From Candidatus Limnocylindria bacterium (GTDB lineage: Bacteria; Chloroflexota; Limnocylindria; QHBO01): a DNA stretch of 64,000 nucleotides. The notes below the pieces were generated by a model. It saw only the letters and a program-made list of their open reading frames with translations. It did no database searches and was not told where the DNA came from. The position numbers were made by a program, and so were the translations under genes. The stretch covers positions 4,825 through 68,824 of the forward strand of contig JBBSCG010000002.1 in assembly GCA_038250515.1 (NCBI GenBank), read 5' to 3'. Below are positions 1 to 11,496 of this stretch, piece after piece. The number at the start of each line of letters is the position of its first letter. Positions within the stretch are counted from its first letter, which is position 1.

Positions 1-4
1 CGCG

Positions 5-469
5 ATGACTCTTCAGCAACGGATCACATCCGCCATGCGCGATGCCATGCGCGCGCGCGACCAGCTCCGCACCCTGACACTGCGCATGGCGATGGCTGCT
101 GCCCAGAATAAGGAGATCGAGCTGCGACGGCCACTGACCGATGCCGACATGCTCGACGTGCTCAACCGTCAGCTCAAGCAGCGGCGCGAGAGCATCGAGA
201 TGTTCCGCAGCGGCGGCCGCGAGGAGCAGGCTGCGGGCGAGGAGGCGGAGGCCGCGATCCTGACCGAGTTCCTTCCCGAGCAGCTCAGCGGCGACGAGGT
301 TGCGCGCATCGTTCGGGCGGCGATCGGCGAGACTGGCGCCACGACGCCGGCCGAGATGGGCCGCGTGATGGGTCGGGTCGCGCCGCAGGTCAAGGGACGC
401 GCTGATGGCCGGGCCGTCAGCGACCTGGTGCGGCGCCTGCTCGCCGAGCAGGCGGAGAGCGGCGCCTGA
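5..469 (+). CDS. yqeY: GatB/YqeY-domain protein
   Basis: 154-aa ORF with the YqeY-type layout (N-terminal helical part, C-terminal ...GRADGRAVSDLVRRLL). Lies immediately upstream of pgpH-ybeY, a common arrangement. Confidence 0.8.
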   Translation: MTLQQRITSAMRDAMRARDQLRTLTLRMAMAAAQNKEIELRRPLTDADMLDVLNRQLKQRRESIEMFRSGGREEQAAGEEAEAAILTEFLPEQLSGDEVARIVRAAIGETGATTPAEMGRVMGRVAPQVKGRADGRAVSDLVRRLLAEQAESGA

Positions 470-483
470 CGGCGCCAGGCACG

Positions 484-2595
484 ATGTTCATTCCTCGCAC
501 GCTCGCGCAGATCGATGGCGGACCCGGACGCGGCGCCGTGCTTCGCGCCATCTTCGTCGGTGGGCTCTTGACCTTGGCCCTGTTCGCCATCCTGGCCGCG
601 CCGATCATTCCCGGGCAGGTCAGCCTGCAGGTCGGTGACGTCGCCGGTGAGGACATTCGGGCACCGCGCAGCATTTCGTTCATCTCGGACAGCCAGACCG
701 CCGCCGCGCAGCAGGAAGCTGCCGGCATGGTCGCGTCGGTGTACGACGCCATTCGACCGTTGGCCGATATCCGGGCCGACCAGTTGGCTGCCTACGATCG
801 GCTCGCCAGCCAGATTCACGGCGTCCTCGAGCGTGGGGCCGCCGACGGGCTGACCGCCGTCCAGATCGGGCCACAGCTGCGCAGCGCCGTGCCGACGCTC
901 ACCCAATCGCAGGTCGATCAGATCGCCGCGATGTCCGTTGTGCGCTGGGAGTCGGTCGCCGACGCGGCACGGATGGCGCTCGACGGGATCTACGCCGGAC
1001 AGATACGCGAGGACGAGCTGAGCGACGCGCGCCAGCAGGTGCGCAACAACGTCACCGAGGAGCTCAGCCAGAAGGACCGTGAGCTGGCAGGGGACCTCGC
1101 GGCGCAGAACGTGGTGCCCACAAGCGCAATCAGCGCGGACAAGACGGCGCAGGCGCAGCAGAAAGCGCGCGACGCGGTCGAGCCGGTCATCGTCAACGTC
1201 GCCGAGGGTTCCGTCGTCGTCCGTGACGGCGATGAGGTCACGCAGCAGCACATCGAGAAGTTGGAGCAGCTTGGCCTGACCGGGCCACGCGCCAACAACG
1301 CCGCGCTGCTCGGCAACGCCCTGGTCGCCGCGCTCATCGCCGCTCTGATCGTCGGCTTCCTGTGGCGCTTCCAACCCGAGCTGTGGCATCGCAACCGTTC
1401 GCTGCTGCTGTTCATGCTCTCCCTGGTGGTGACCGCCATCGCCATGCGGGTCGCGGCGGATCGAACGCTGTGGACGTTCGCGGTGCCGACCTCTGCGACG
1501 GTCCTGCTGGTTGGTCTGCTGCTCGGCGGTCCGGCGGGCGCGGCGGTGGCCACCGCGCTGGCGGTGCTCGCCGGCGTCATGAACCGCGGAGCGCTGGAGC
1601 CATCGGTCTATGTCCTGGCCGGTGGCGTGGCGTCGCTGCTGGCGATCGTGCGCGCGGAGCGGCTGAACGCCTTCCTGCGCGCCGGCGTGCTGGTGGCGGC
1701 CAGCAACGTCCTGGTCACGGTTGCCTTCAGCCTGCTGAACCAGCGGGACGTGGCTGCCGTGCTGCAGGGGAGCGCCGCGGGCGCGGTCAACGCGGGGCTA
1801 TCAGTCTTCCTGGCGGTTGGATCCTTCGCCGTCCTGGGCAACCTGTTCGGAATCATGACCATCTTCCAGTTGCTCGAGCTTGCCAATCCCTCCTCGCGGC
1901 TGCTGCGTCGCCTGCTGCTCGAGACGCCGGGCACCTATCACCACAGCGTCATGGTCGGCAACCTCGCCGAGCGCGCCGCGGAGACGATCGGTGCCGACCC
2001 GCTGCTCGCCCGCGTGGCGGCCTATTACCACGACATCGGCAAGATGAAGAATCCGTTGGCCTTCATCGAGAACCAGGCCGGCGCGCGCAACATTCATGAC
2101 GACCTGAGCGCCGAGACGAGTGCGCGGATCATCGCCAGCCACATTCGCGATGGGATCGACCTTGGCTACGAGTACGGGCTGCCGGTGCAGATCATCGGCT
2201 TCATTCCGCAGCATCACGGTACAAGCGTGATGAGCTACTTCTACGGCAAGGCGTTGCGCGAGGTGGGCGGCAACGACGAGCTCGTCGACGAGGACACCTT
2301 CCGCTATCCGGGACCGAAGCCGCAGAGCCTCGAGGCGGCGATTCTGATGCTTTCCGACGGCGTCGAGGCCAGCGTCCGCTCACTCGACGACAAGGACGAG
2401 GCGTCGATCCGCGTGATGGTCAGCCGCATCGTCGACGCCCGCGTCGAGGATGGGCAGCTCGACGACGCCGACCTGACGCTCAAGAACATCGCCCAGATCA
2501 AGGAAGCGTTTGTCCAGCAGCTGCTGGGCATGTATCACCAGCGCATCAAGTATCCGGACAACGTGGTGCCACTCGAGCGACGAGAACAGGCCTAG
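484..2595 (+). CDS. pgpH: 7TM-HD membrane phosphohydrolase (PgpH/YqfF-like, cyclic-di-AMP phosphodiesterase family)
   Basis: 703 aa. Extracellular N-domain, multi-pass hydrophobic core, and a C-terminal HD domain (YHHSVMVGNLAE...AAYYHDIGK...IPQHHGT). Confidence 0.85.
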   Translation: MFIPRTLAQIDGGPGRGAVLRAIFVGGLLTLALFAILAAPIIPGQVSLQVGDVAGEDIRAPRSISFISDSQTAAAQQEAAGMVASVYDAIRPLADIRADQLAAYDRLASQIHGVLERGAADGLTAVQIGPQLRSAVPTLTQSQVDQIAAMSVVRWESVADAARMALDGIYAGQIREDELSDARQQVRNNVTEELSQKDRELAGDLAAQNVVPTSAISADKTAQAQQKARDAVEPVIVNVAEGSVVVRDGDEVTQQHIEKLEQLGLTGPRANNAALLGNALVAALIAALIVGFLWRFQPELWHRNRSLLLFMLSLVVTAIAMRVAADRTLWTFAVPTSATVLLVGLLLGGPAGAAVATALAVLAGVMNRGALEPSVYVLAGGVASLLAIVRAERLNAFLRAGVLVAASNVLVTVAFSLLNQRDVAAVLQGSAAGAVNAGLSVFLAVGSFAVLGNLFGIMTIFQLLELANPSSRLLRRLLLETPGTYHHSVMVGNLAERAAETIGADPLLARVAAYYHDIGKMKNPLAFIENQAGARNIHDDLSAETSARIIASHIRDGIDLGYEYGLPVQIIGFIPQHHGTSVMSYFYGKALREVGGNDELVDEDTFRYPGPKPQSLEAAILMLSDGVEASVRSLDDKDEASIRVMVSRIVDARVEDGQLDDADLTLKNIAQIKEAFVQQLLGMYHQRIKYPDNVVPLERREQA

Positions 2596-2631
2596 ACCGA
2601 TGCGCCCCCGGTCGCCTACGATGGTTCGACC

Positions 2632-3219
2632 ATGGGCTGCGCCGTCACTATCCACGATCGCATCGGTCACGAGCGACTGGCGCTCGCGGTCGAGCCACTC
2701 TCGGTCGAGGCGGCCTCTGGCCTGCTCCAGTCCGCGATCGCCGAGACGACGCGAGCCGCCGCCAGCGTGAGCGGCTGCGAGGTGGAGCTCACGTTATGCG
2801 GCGACACCGAGATGGAGCGCCTGAACTTCGACCACATGGGTGAGCGTGGCCCGACCGACGTCCTCTCGTTTCCACTGCACGAGTGGTTCGTCGACGACGG
2901 TCGCTCGCACCTGACCGATGACGACGGCATCTCACCACCGGGACCGATGATGCTCGGTGACGTGGTGATCGACGTGGACCAGGCGGTTCGCCAGGCAGCC
3001 GAAGGGTCGTGGAGCGTTCCTGAGGAGCTCGTCCTGCTGGTCATCCACGGCACGCTGCACCTGCTCGGGCATGACCACGCGGAGCTCGACGACGAGACGC
3101 AGATGCGGCGCGTCGAGCACGAGGTGCTCCGGACGCTGCATCGCAAGCATCACGAGATCACGTGGCAGCCCGGATCGCTGTTCGATCGGGCGGGGCACGC
3201 CGTCACCACGGGCAGCTGA
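2632..3219 (+). CDS. ybeY: rRNA maturation endoribonuclease YbeY
   Basis: PTDVLSFPL and the zinc motif HGTLHLLGHDH. The position after pgpH is canonical. Start is the first start codon in frame, and the N-terminus is somewhat long. Confidence 0.85.
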   Translation: MGCAVTIHDRIGHERLALAVEPLSVEAASGLLQSAIAETTRAAASVSGCEVELTLCGDTEMERLNFDHMGERGPTDVLSFPLHEWFVDDGRSHLTDDDGISPPGPMMLGDVVIDVDQAVRQAAEGSWSVPEELVLLVIHGTLHLLGHDHAELDDETQMRRVEHEVLRTLHRKHHEITWQPGSLFDRAGHAVTTGS

Positions 3220-3297
3220 GCGTTAGCCGCCAGGCTCGCCCAGAAGTCGCTCGACGAGGATCACATCGTGTTTCATCGAGCAGCTCCTCGCGTTCGT

Positions 3298-3375
3298 TCA
3301 GCATGCCCCATCGGCGGGCGCCGCGATCCAGGTGATGAGCAGGGCGGCGAAGATGAGCAGTGCGGCAACGACCAT
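3298..3375 (-). CDS. possible 25-aa hydrophobic micropeptide (MVVAALLIFAALLITWIAAPADGAC)
   Basis: My own translation; too short for the ORF track. The ATG is preceded by AAAGGGGATTGACCG (GGGGA Shine-Dalgarno about 8 nt upstream), 16 nt after the amt stop on the same strand. Confidence 0.25.
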   Translation of the reverse strand: MVVAALLIFAALLITWIAAPADGAC

Positions 3376-3390
3376 CGGTCAATCCCCTTT

Positions 3391-4611
3391 CTACAGTTGG
3401 TAGGCAATCTCGCCGTGCTGGGCAAGGTCGAGTCCGGTCTCCTCGGCTTGGCTGGCGACGCGGACGGGCACGATGAAATTGATGACGAGCAGGATGACGG
3501 TGGTGGCGACCGCCGAATAGATCGCCACCACCCCAACGGCGAACGCCTGGATGGCGAGCTGCGGCAGCCCGCCGTCGCGTCCCGCCGGATTCAGCGCCGC
3601 GGAGGCAAGGAGGCCGGTGGCCAGCGCCCCGAACGCGCCTCCCACCCCGTGGATCGCGAAGACGTCGAGCGCGTCGTCGACGCGTGAGCGCAGGCGCAGC
3701 TGCGTGGCCCCGTAGCACAGCACACCCACGCCGAAGCCGATCAGGATCGAGGCCGCCGGCGAGACATAGCCCGCGGCCGGCGTGATGGCCACCAGCCCGG
3801 CGACGGCTCCAACCGCCGCTCCGAGCACCGACGGCGTGCCGCGGTGCAGCCACGAGATGGTGACCCAGGTGAGCGCCGCCATGGCCGCGGCCGTGTTGGT
3901 TGTGACCAGCGCCAGAGCGGCGACGCCATTGGCCCCGAGCGCCGAGCCGGCGTTGAAGCCGAACCAGCCGAACCAGAGGAGGGCGGCGCCCAGGACGGTC
4001 ATCGTCACGTCATGCGGCTCCGTCGTCTGGCGAACCACGCCCAGCCGTCGCCCGACCACCAGCGCGGCGACCAGCGCCGCCACGCCCGACGAGAGGTGGA
4101 CGACGGTCCCGCCGGCGAAATCCAGCACGCCGAGGTGGGCGAGCCAGCCGTCGGGCGACCAGACCCAATGGGCGATCGGCGCATAGACGAGCGTGGACCA
4201 GGCCACACTGAAGAGGACGAACGCCTTGAATCGCTTGCGCTCGGCGAACGCGCCGGTGATCAGCGCCGGCGTGATGATCGCGAACATCATCTGGAAGGCC
4301 ATGAAGGCCAGGTGCGGGACGGTTGGCGCGTAGGTCGACGAGGGTGCTCCGGTCACGCCCTCCAGCCCTGCCCAGTCGAGGCGGCCGATGAGACCCAGAC
4401 CGGCATCGGGCCCGAAGGCCAGTGAGTAGCCCCACAGCACCCAGGTGACACTCACCAGGGCCAGGATGAAGAAGCTGTGCATGATCGTCGACAGCACGTT
4501 CTTGCGCCGCACCAGGCCGCCATAGAAGAAGGCGAGGCCAGGTGTCATGAGCATGACCATCGCCGTGGAGATCAGAATCCAGGCGGTGTCCCCTGCGTTG
4601 ATGGCACCCAT
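3391..4611 (-). CDS. amt: ammonium transporter (Amt/MEP family)
   Basis: 406 aa, about 11 TM segments. Amt signatures present (GLAFFYGGLVR, FQMMFAIITPALITGAFAER, DFAGGTVVH, DALDVFAIHGVGG). Confidence 0.92.
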   Translation of the reverse strand: MGAINAGDTAWILISTAMVMLMTPGLAFFYGGLVRRKNVLSTIMHSFFILALVSVTWVLWGYSLAFGPDAGLGLIGRLDWAGLEGVTGAPSSTYAPTVPHLAFMAFQMMFAIITPALITGAFAERKRFKAFVLFSVAWSTLVYAPIAHWVWSPDGWLAHLGVLDFAGGTVVHLSSGVAALVAALVVGRRLGVVRQTTEPHDVTMTVLGAALLWFGWFGFNAGSALGANGVAALALVTTNTAAAMAALTWVTISWLHRGTPSVLGAAVGAVAGLVAITPAAGYVSPAASILIGFGVGVLCYGATQLRLRSRVDDALDVFAIHGVGGAFGALATGLLASAALNPAGRDGGLPQLAIQAFAVGVVAIYSAVATTVILLVINFIVPVRVASQAEETGLDLAQHGEIAYQL

Positions 4612-4703
4612 CGCATCGGCTCCGTCATTGCGGATTATGCGAGCAGCCTAGGCTGCGCTCACCGCGCAGGCGAGGTGCTCCGCGGCCTTCCCAGCGCCGA
4701 ATG

Positions 4704-4722
4704 ATTGTGCAAAGTGCACAAT
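4704..4722. promoter_or_regulatory. AT-rich palindrome ATTGTGCA-AAG-TGCACAAT, candidate operator upstream of amt
   Basis: 8-bp perfect arms with a 3-nt spacer, about 95-110 nt upstream of the amt start, in an otherwise GC-rich 115-nt intergenic region. Confidence 0.3.
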
Positions 4723-4726
4723 CGGC

Positions 4727-5866
4727 TCAGATCCGGCGGGAGGCGAGCAGTTCAGAAGGGATCGTCCCCTGACCGATGATGGCGTCAGCGACCAGCGCCG
4801 CCGACGCAGGGCCTGTGGAGATGCCCCACGGTCCGTGGCCGGCGCACACGAACAGGCCCTCGACGCCATGGACGGGACCGATGAACGGACGCCCATCGTT
4901 TGACTGAGGACGGGCGCACATGCGCGTCTGCAGGACCTCGGCCGCGGTGATGGACGGCAGGAAGCGAAGCGCCCGCGAAAGAAGGAGGCGCGTGATCGCC
5001 GTCGGATCCGGCTCGCTCGGTAGGAAGGTCGATCCCAGCGTGCTGATCCCGTCCGCGCTGGCCATGCTGAACAGTGACTGCGGTTCGCCGTCGGCCTGTG
5101 ACGCGGCGCGTGCGGTGGCCGCCGCGGGACGGTTCACCGAATCGACCTCGTCCTCCTCGATGACGTGGCGCAACGGCTCGCTGAGGCGCAGCTGCACCGT
5201 GACGCCCCAGGTGGGATGAATCGGCCTCCAGGAGCCGGCCGAATCGACCAACGGCGGCGACCACGGACCGGCCGCCACCAGGACTGCGTTGGCGGTCAGC
5301 GTCGCGCCGTCACTCAATCGGAGGCCGCGCACCCGTCCGGCATCGATCCACGGCTCGGCACTCAGGCCGATGCGCAGCGTCGCCCCGTTGCGCACGGCCA
5401 GCGCGGCGTAGGCCGCCGTGGCGGAATCGGGCGGGATCGGGTAGCCCGTGGCCAGCCAGCAGGCGGAGAAGCCGGGAGCCAGGGCGGGCTCGGCATCGGC
5501 CAGCGAAGATTCGTCGAGGAAGGCAGGCTCGAGCTCGGGCGTCGCCGTCATGAAATGGGCCGCCTGCCGCCGAACCGCATCGGCCTCGCGGTTGAGCAGC
5601 AACAGGCCGGCAGGCTCGACCGGAACCGAGAAATCGGACGCGTCGTCGACCAGGCGGCGGTATCGGTCGAGGGAGTCGTGGTAGAGCGGCGCCAGAAGTG
5701 GGTCGAACGGATGCTGGATCACGCCCAGGTTGCGCCCGGAGGCGCCGGCACCGATCGCGGTTCGTTCGAGCAGGGTGACCGATGCGCCGCGCTCGGTCAG
5801 GAATGCGGCCGCGGCACAGCCGATGATGCCGCCGCCGATGATGGCGATGTCGGGGCTTCGGGACAC
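4727..5866 (-). CDS. FAD-dependent oxidoreductase (DAO / glycine-oxidase-like family)
   Basis: N-terminal dinucleotide fold DIAIIGGGIIGCAAAAFL...LLER, and a C-terminal GLFVCAGHGPWGIS motif typical of the DAO family. Confidence 0.8.
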   Translation of the reverse strand: MSRSPDIAIIGGGIIGCAAAAFLTERGASVTLLERTAIGAGASGRNLGVIQHPFDPLLAPLYHDSLDRYRRLVDDASDFSVPVEPAGLLLLNREADAVRRQAAHFMTATPELEPAFLDESSLADAEPALAPGFSACWLATGYPIPPDSATAAYAALAVRNGATLRIGLSAEPWIDAGRVRGLRLSDGATLTANAVLVAAGPWSPPLVDSAGSWRPIHPTWGVTVQLRLSEPLRHVIEEDEVDSVNRPAAATARAASQADGEPQSLFSMASADGISTLGSTFLPSEPDPTAITRLLLSRALRFLPSITAAEVLQTRMCARPQSNDGRPFIGPVHGVEGLFVCAGHGPWGISTGPASAALVADAIIGQGTIPSELLASRRI

Positions 5867-5901
5867 TCTGGTGTCATTTTGGCACTACCATCCGCCGAGC
5901 G

Positions 5902-6473
5902 ATGAAGGTGATCTGCGGCCTGGGCAACCCGGGCGAAACGTATCGGTACACGCGGCACAACGTCGGCTTCCGGGTTGTCGATCTCTTGGCGGACCGATGG
6001 GGGGCCAGCGGTGGGCGCACGCGCGATGGCGCCGCGCTGGTCGAGGTCGCGCCGCCAGCCGGTCGGGTGCTGTTGGTAAAGCCGATGAAGTACATGAATT
6101 TGTCCGGCGGTCCCCTCAAGGCTGCCATGCGTCAGACCGATGCCGAGATCGGCGACGACCTGCTGGTGATCTGCGACGACGTCGATCTGCCGCTCGGCAA
6201 GCTGCGGCTGCGCCGATCCGGGTCGGCCGGCGGCCATAACGGCCTGCGCGACATCATCTCGAGCTTCGGCTCGAACGAGTTCGCGCGGCTGCGGGTCGGG
6301 ATCGGGCGCGGCGGCGAGACGATCGACCACGTGCTGTCGATCTTCAAGCCCGACGAGCGCGAGCTGTCCGCCCTCGCGGTCGCCATCGCGGCCGATGCTG
6401 CCGAGCAGTGGCTGGCCGACGGCATCGAAGCGGCCATGAACGAGTTCAACGGCCCGGATCTCGCGGCCTCGGT

Positions 6474-6477
<4 letters not shown>
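5902..6477 (+). CDS. pth: peptidyl-tRNA hydrolase
   Basis: MKVICGLGNPGETYRYTRHNVGF..., PMKYMNLSG, GSAGGHNGLRDI: canonical Pth motifs. Confidence 0.93.
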
Positions 6478-9893
<3,416 letters not shown>

Positions 9894-9900
9894 GGGCCAC

Positions 9901-10196
9901 ATGACCGGATGGCAGCTCGACGACACTTGGGTTCGCCTGCGAGAGATCACGGTTGACGACGTCGATCTGGTCGACAGCTGGGCCGCGCCGCCCGAGCTCG
10001 AAGGCGAGTTCAACGACTTCGAGCTGCGCCATCGGTCGTGGCGTGGCCCAGCGGTTGTTGACGGTCCTTCTGTTCGCGGAGACGGCGGTCAACCGGGTCG
10101 AGGCGTCGACCGACGTCGAGAATCGCGCCGAGCAGCGCTCGCTCGAGAAGGCGGGCTTCATGCGCGAGGGCGTCCAGCGTGGTTCGCAGTGGCGAG
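9901..10196 (+). pseudogene. decayed GNAT (RimJ/RimL-like) acetyltransferase remnant
   Basis: Frame 1 carries a GNAT-like N-terminus (VRLREITVDDVDLVDSW...). Frame 2 carries the C-terminal core (GVAQRLLTVLLFAETAVNRVEASTDVENRAEQRSLEKAGFMREGVQRGSQWR). The central beta strands and the last ~25 aa are missing, and the 3' end abuts the convergent protease gene. Confidence 0.55.
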
Positions 10197-11336
10197 TCAG
10201 GCGTGCGCCGGCTCCGTCTCGGGGTCGACGTCGAGCGTTTCGCGCAGTTGCAGCTGGCGCATCACCGCGGCGCGGGTGAGCATCCCGACGAATTCATGGC
10301 CGTCGAGGACGGGCACCTGCTCGAGGTCGTGCCCGGTGAGCGCCTCGACCGCCTCGTCGAGCATCTGCTGCGGTCGGACGCTGATCAGCCCGTCGCGGCC
10401 ACCCATGACCTGTCCCACCGGTGTCGACGCGCGCTTGTCGGGCGCCACCTTGCTGATGTCGCCGAGCGTGACGATACCCACCACCCGTCCGTTGTCGGCG
10501 ACCGGCATGGCGCGTCGATTGCGCGGCAACAGGTGGTCCTCGATCAGCTCGGCCACGCTCGTTCCCGGCATCACGGCGGTCGTGTCGCGGCTCATGACCG
10601 ACTCCACCGGGACGTCGCGCAGGCGCTCCTCGAGCACGACCTGCTTGAGGCTGGACGAGGCCGCGTTCTGAAGGAACCAGCCGATCGCCGCGATCCACAG
10701 CCCGTTGATCAGGTTCCCGCCGAAGACCTGCAGGATGCCCCACAGGATGAAGAGGCCGCCGACGATCTGCCCGGCGCCGACCGCGATCTCGGTCGCCTTG
10801 CGCAGGCTGTGCGTCAGGCCCCAGGCGATCGAGCGCAGTACGCGGCCGCCATCGAGTGGAAAGCCGGGGATCAGGTTGAAGCCACCGAGCAACGCATTGA
10901 CCACCGCGAGGTAGCCGAAGAGCGCCGCCAGGCGCGCATCGGTCATGACGAAGGCGATGGCAACGGCAACTGCGGCGATGACGAAGCTTGCGATCGGCCC
11001 CACGACGGCGACGAGGAACTCGGTCTTGGCGTTCTTCGGCTCGCTGGCAAGGTTCGAAACGCCGCCGAAGATGAACAGGGTGATGGAGCTGACCTCGATA
11101 CCCCGGGCACGTGCCACGAACGAGTGCGACAGCTCGTGCACCAGGACCGATCCGAAGAGCAACAGGGTGGCGACCGCCGCCAGGACCCAGGCAGCCGTCC
11201 GATCCAGGTTCGGGATGGTGGTCGGAAAGTAGCCAACGGCCAGCGACCAGGTCAGCAGCGCGAAGATCACCAGCCAGCTGATATGGATGCCGATGTCGAT
11301 GCCGCCGACGCTGAACAGCCTGAACGAGTTTTTCAC
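10197..11336 (-). CDS. site-2 (M50) metalloprotease with tandem CBS domains
   Basis: HELSHSF zinc motif, GFPLDGGR motif, and a C-terminal CBS pair. Start moved to the GTG at 11336 because AAGGAG lies 7 nt upstream. The track ORF runs to 11570. Confidence 0.85.
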   Translation of the reverse strand: MKNSFRLFSVGGIDIGIHISWLVIFALLTWSLAVGYFPTTIPNLDRTAAWVLAAVATLLLFGSVLVHELSHSFVARARGIEVSSITLFIFGGVSNLASEPKNAKTEFLVAVVGPIASFVIAAVAVAIAFVMTDARLAALFGYLAVVNALLGGFNLIPGFPLDGGRVLRSIAWGLTHSLRKATEIAVGAGQIVGGLFILWGILQVFGGNLINGLWIAAIGWFLQNAASSSLKQVVLEERLRDVPVESVMSRDTTAVMPGTSVAELIEDHLLPRNRRAMPVADNGRVVGIVTLGDISKVAPDKRASTPVGQVMGGRDGLISVRPQQMLDEAVEALTGHDLEQVPVLDGHEFVGMLTRAAVMRQLQLRETLDVDPETEPAHA

Positions 11337-11496
11337 GGCACTCCTTTCACACCGACTCGATGAGCAGATGGTCGTGCTCATTGTGCCTCGCGGCGTATAC
11401 TGGATGCACTCTCGACCCGGGACGGGCGCACCCGTCCGGCGCCGACCTACCCCAGAGCTGCACCTCGACGCGCGGCTGACGAAGGAGGCGCTTCCC

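Noticed and set aside
2600-2770. ATG at 2600 (in the TAGACCGATG cassette) as the real ybeY start
   Set aside because: It is out of frame with the YbeY motifs (PTDVLSFPL, HGTLHLLGHDH). The 57-aa product in that frame is Arg/Ser/Pro-rich and unconvincing.
9901-10671. 256-aa plus-strand ORF as an intact gene
   Set aside because: After about 45 aa of GNAT-like sequence it becomes Ser/Arg-rich read-through, antisense to the M50/CBS protease. Interpreted as a pseudogene remnant plus a shadow ORF.
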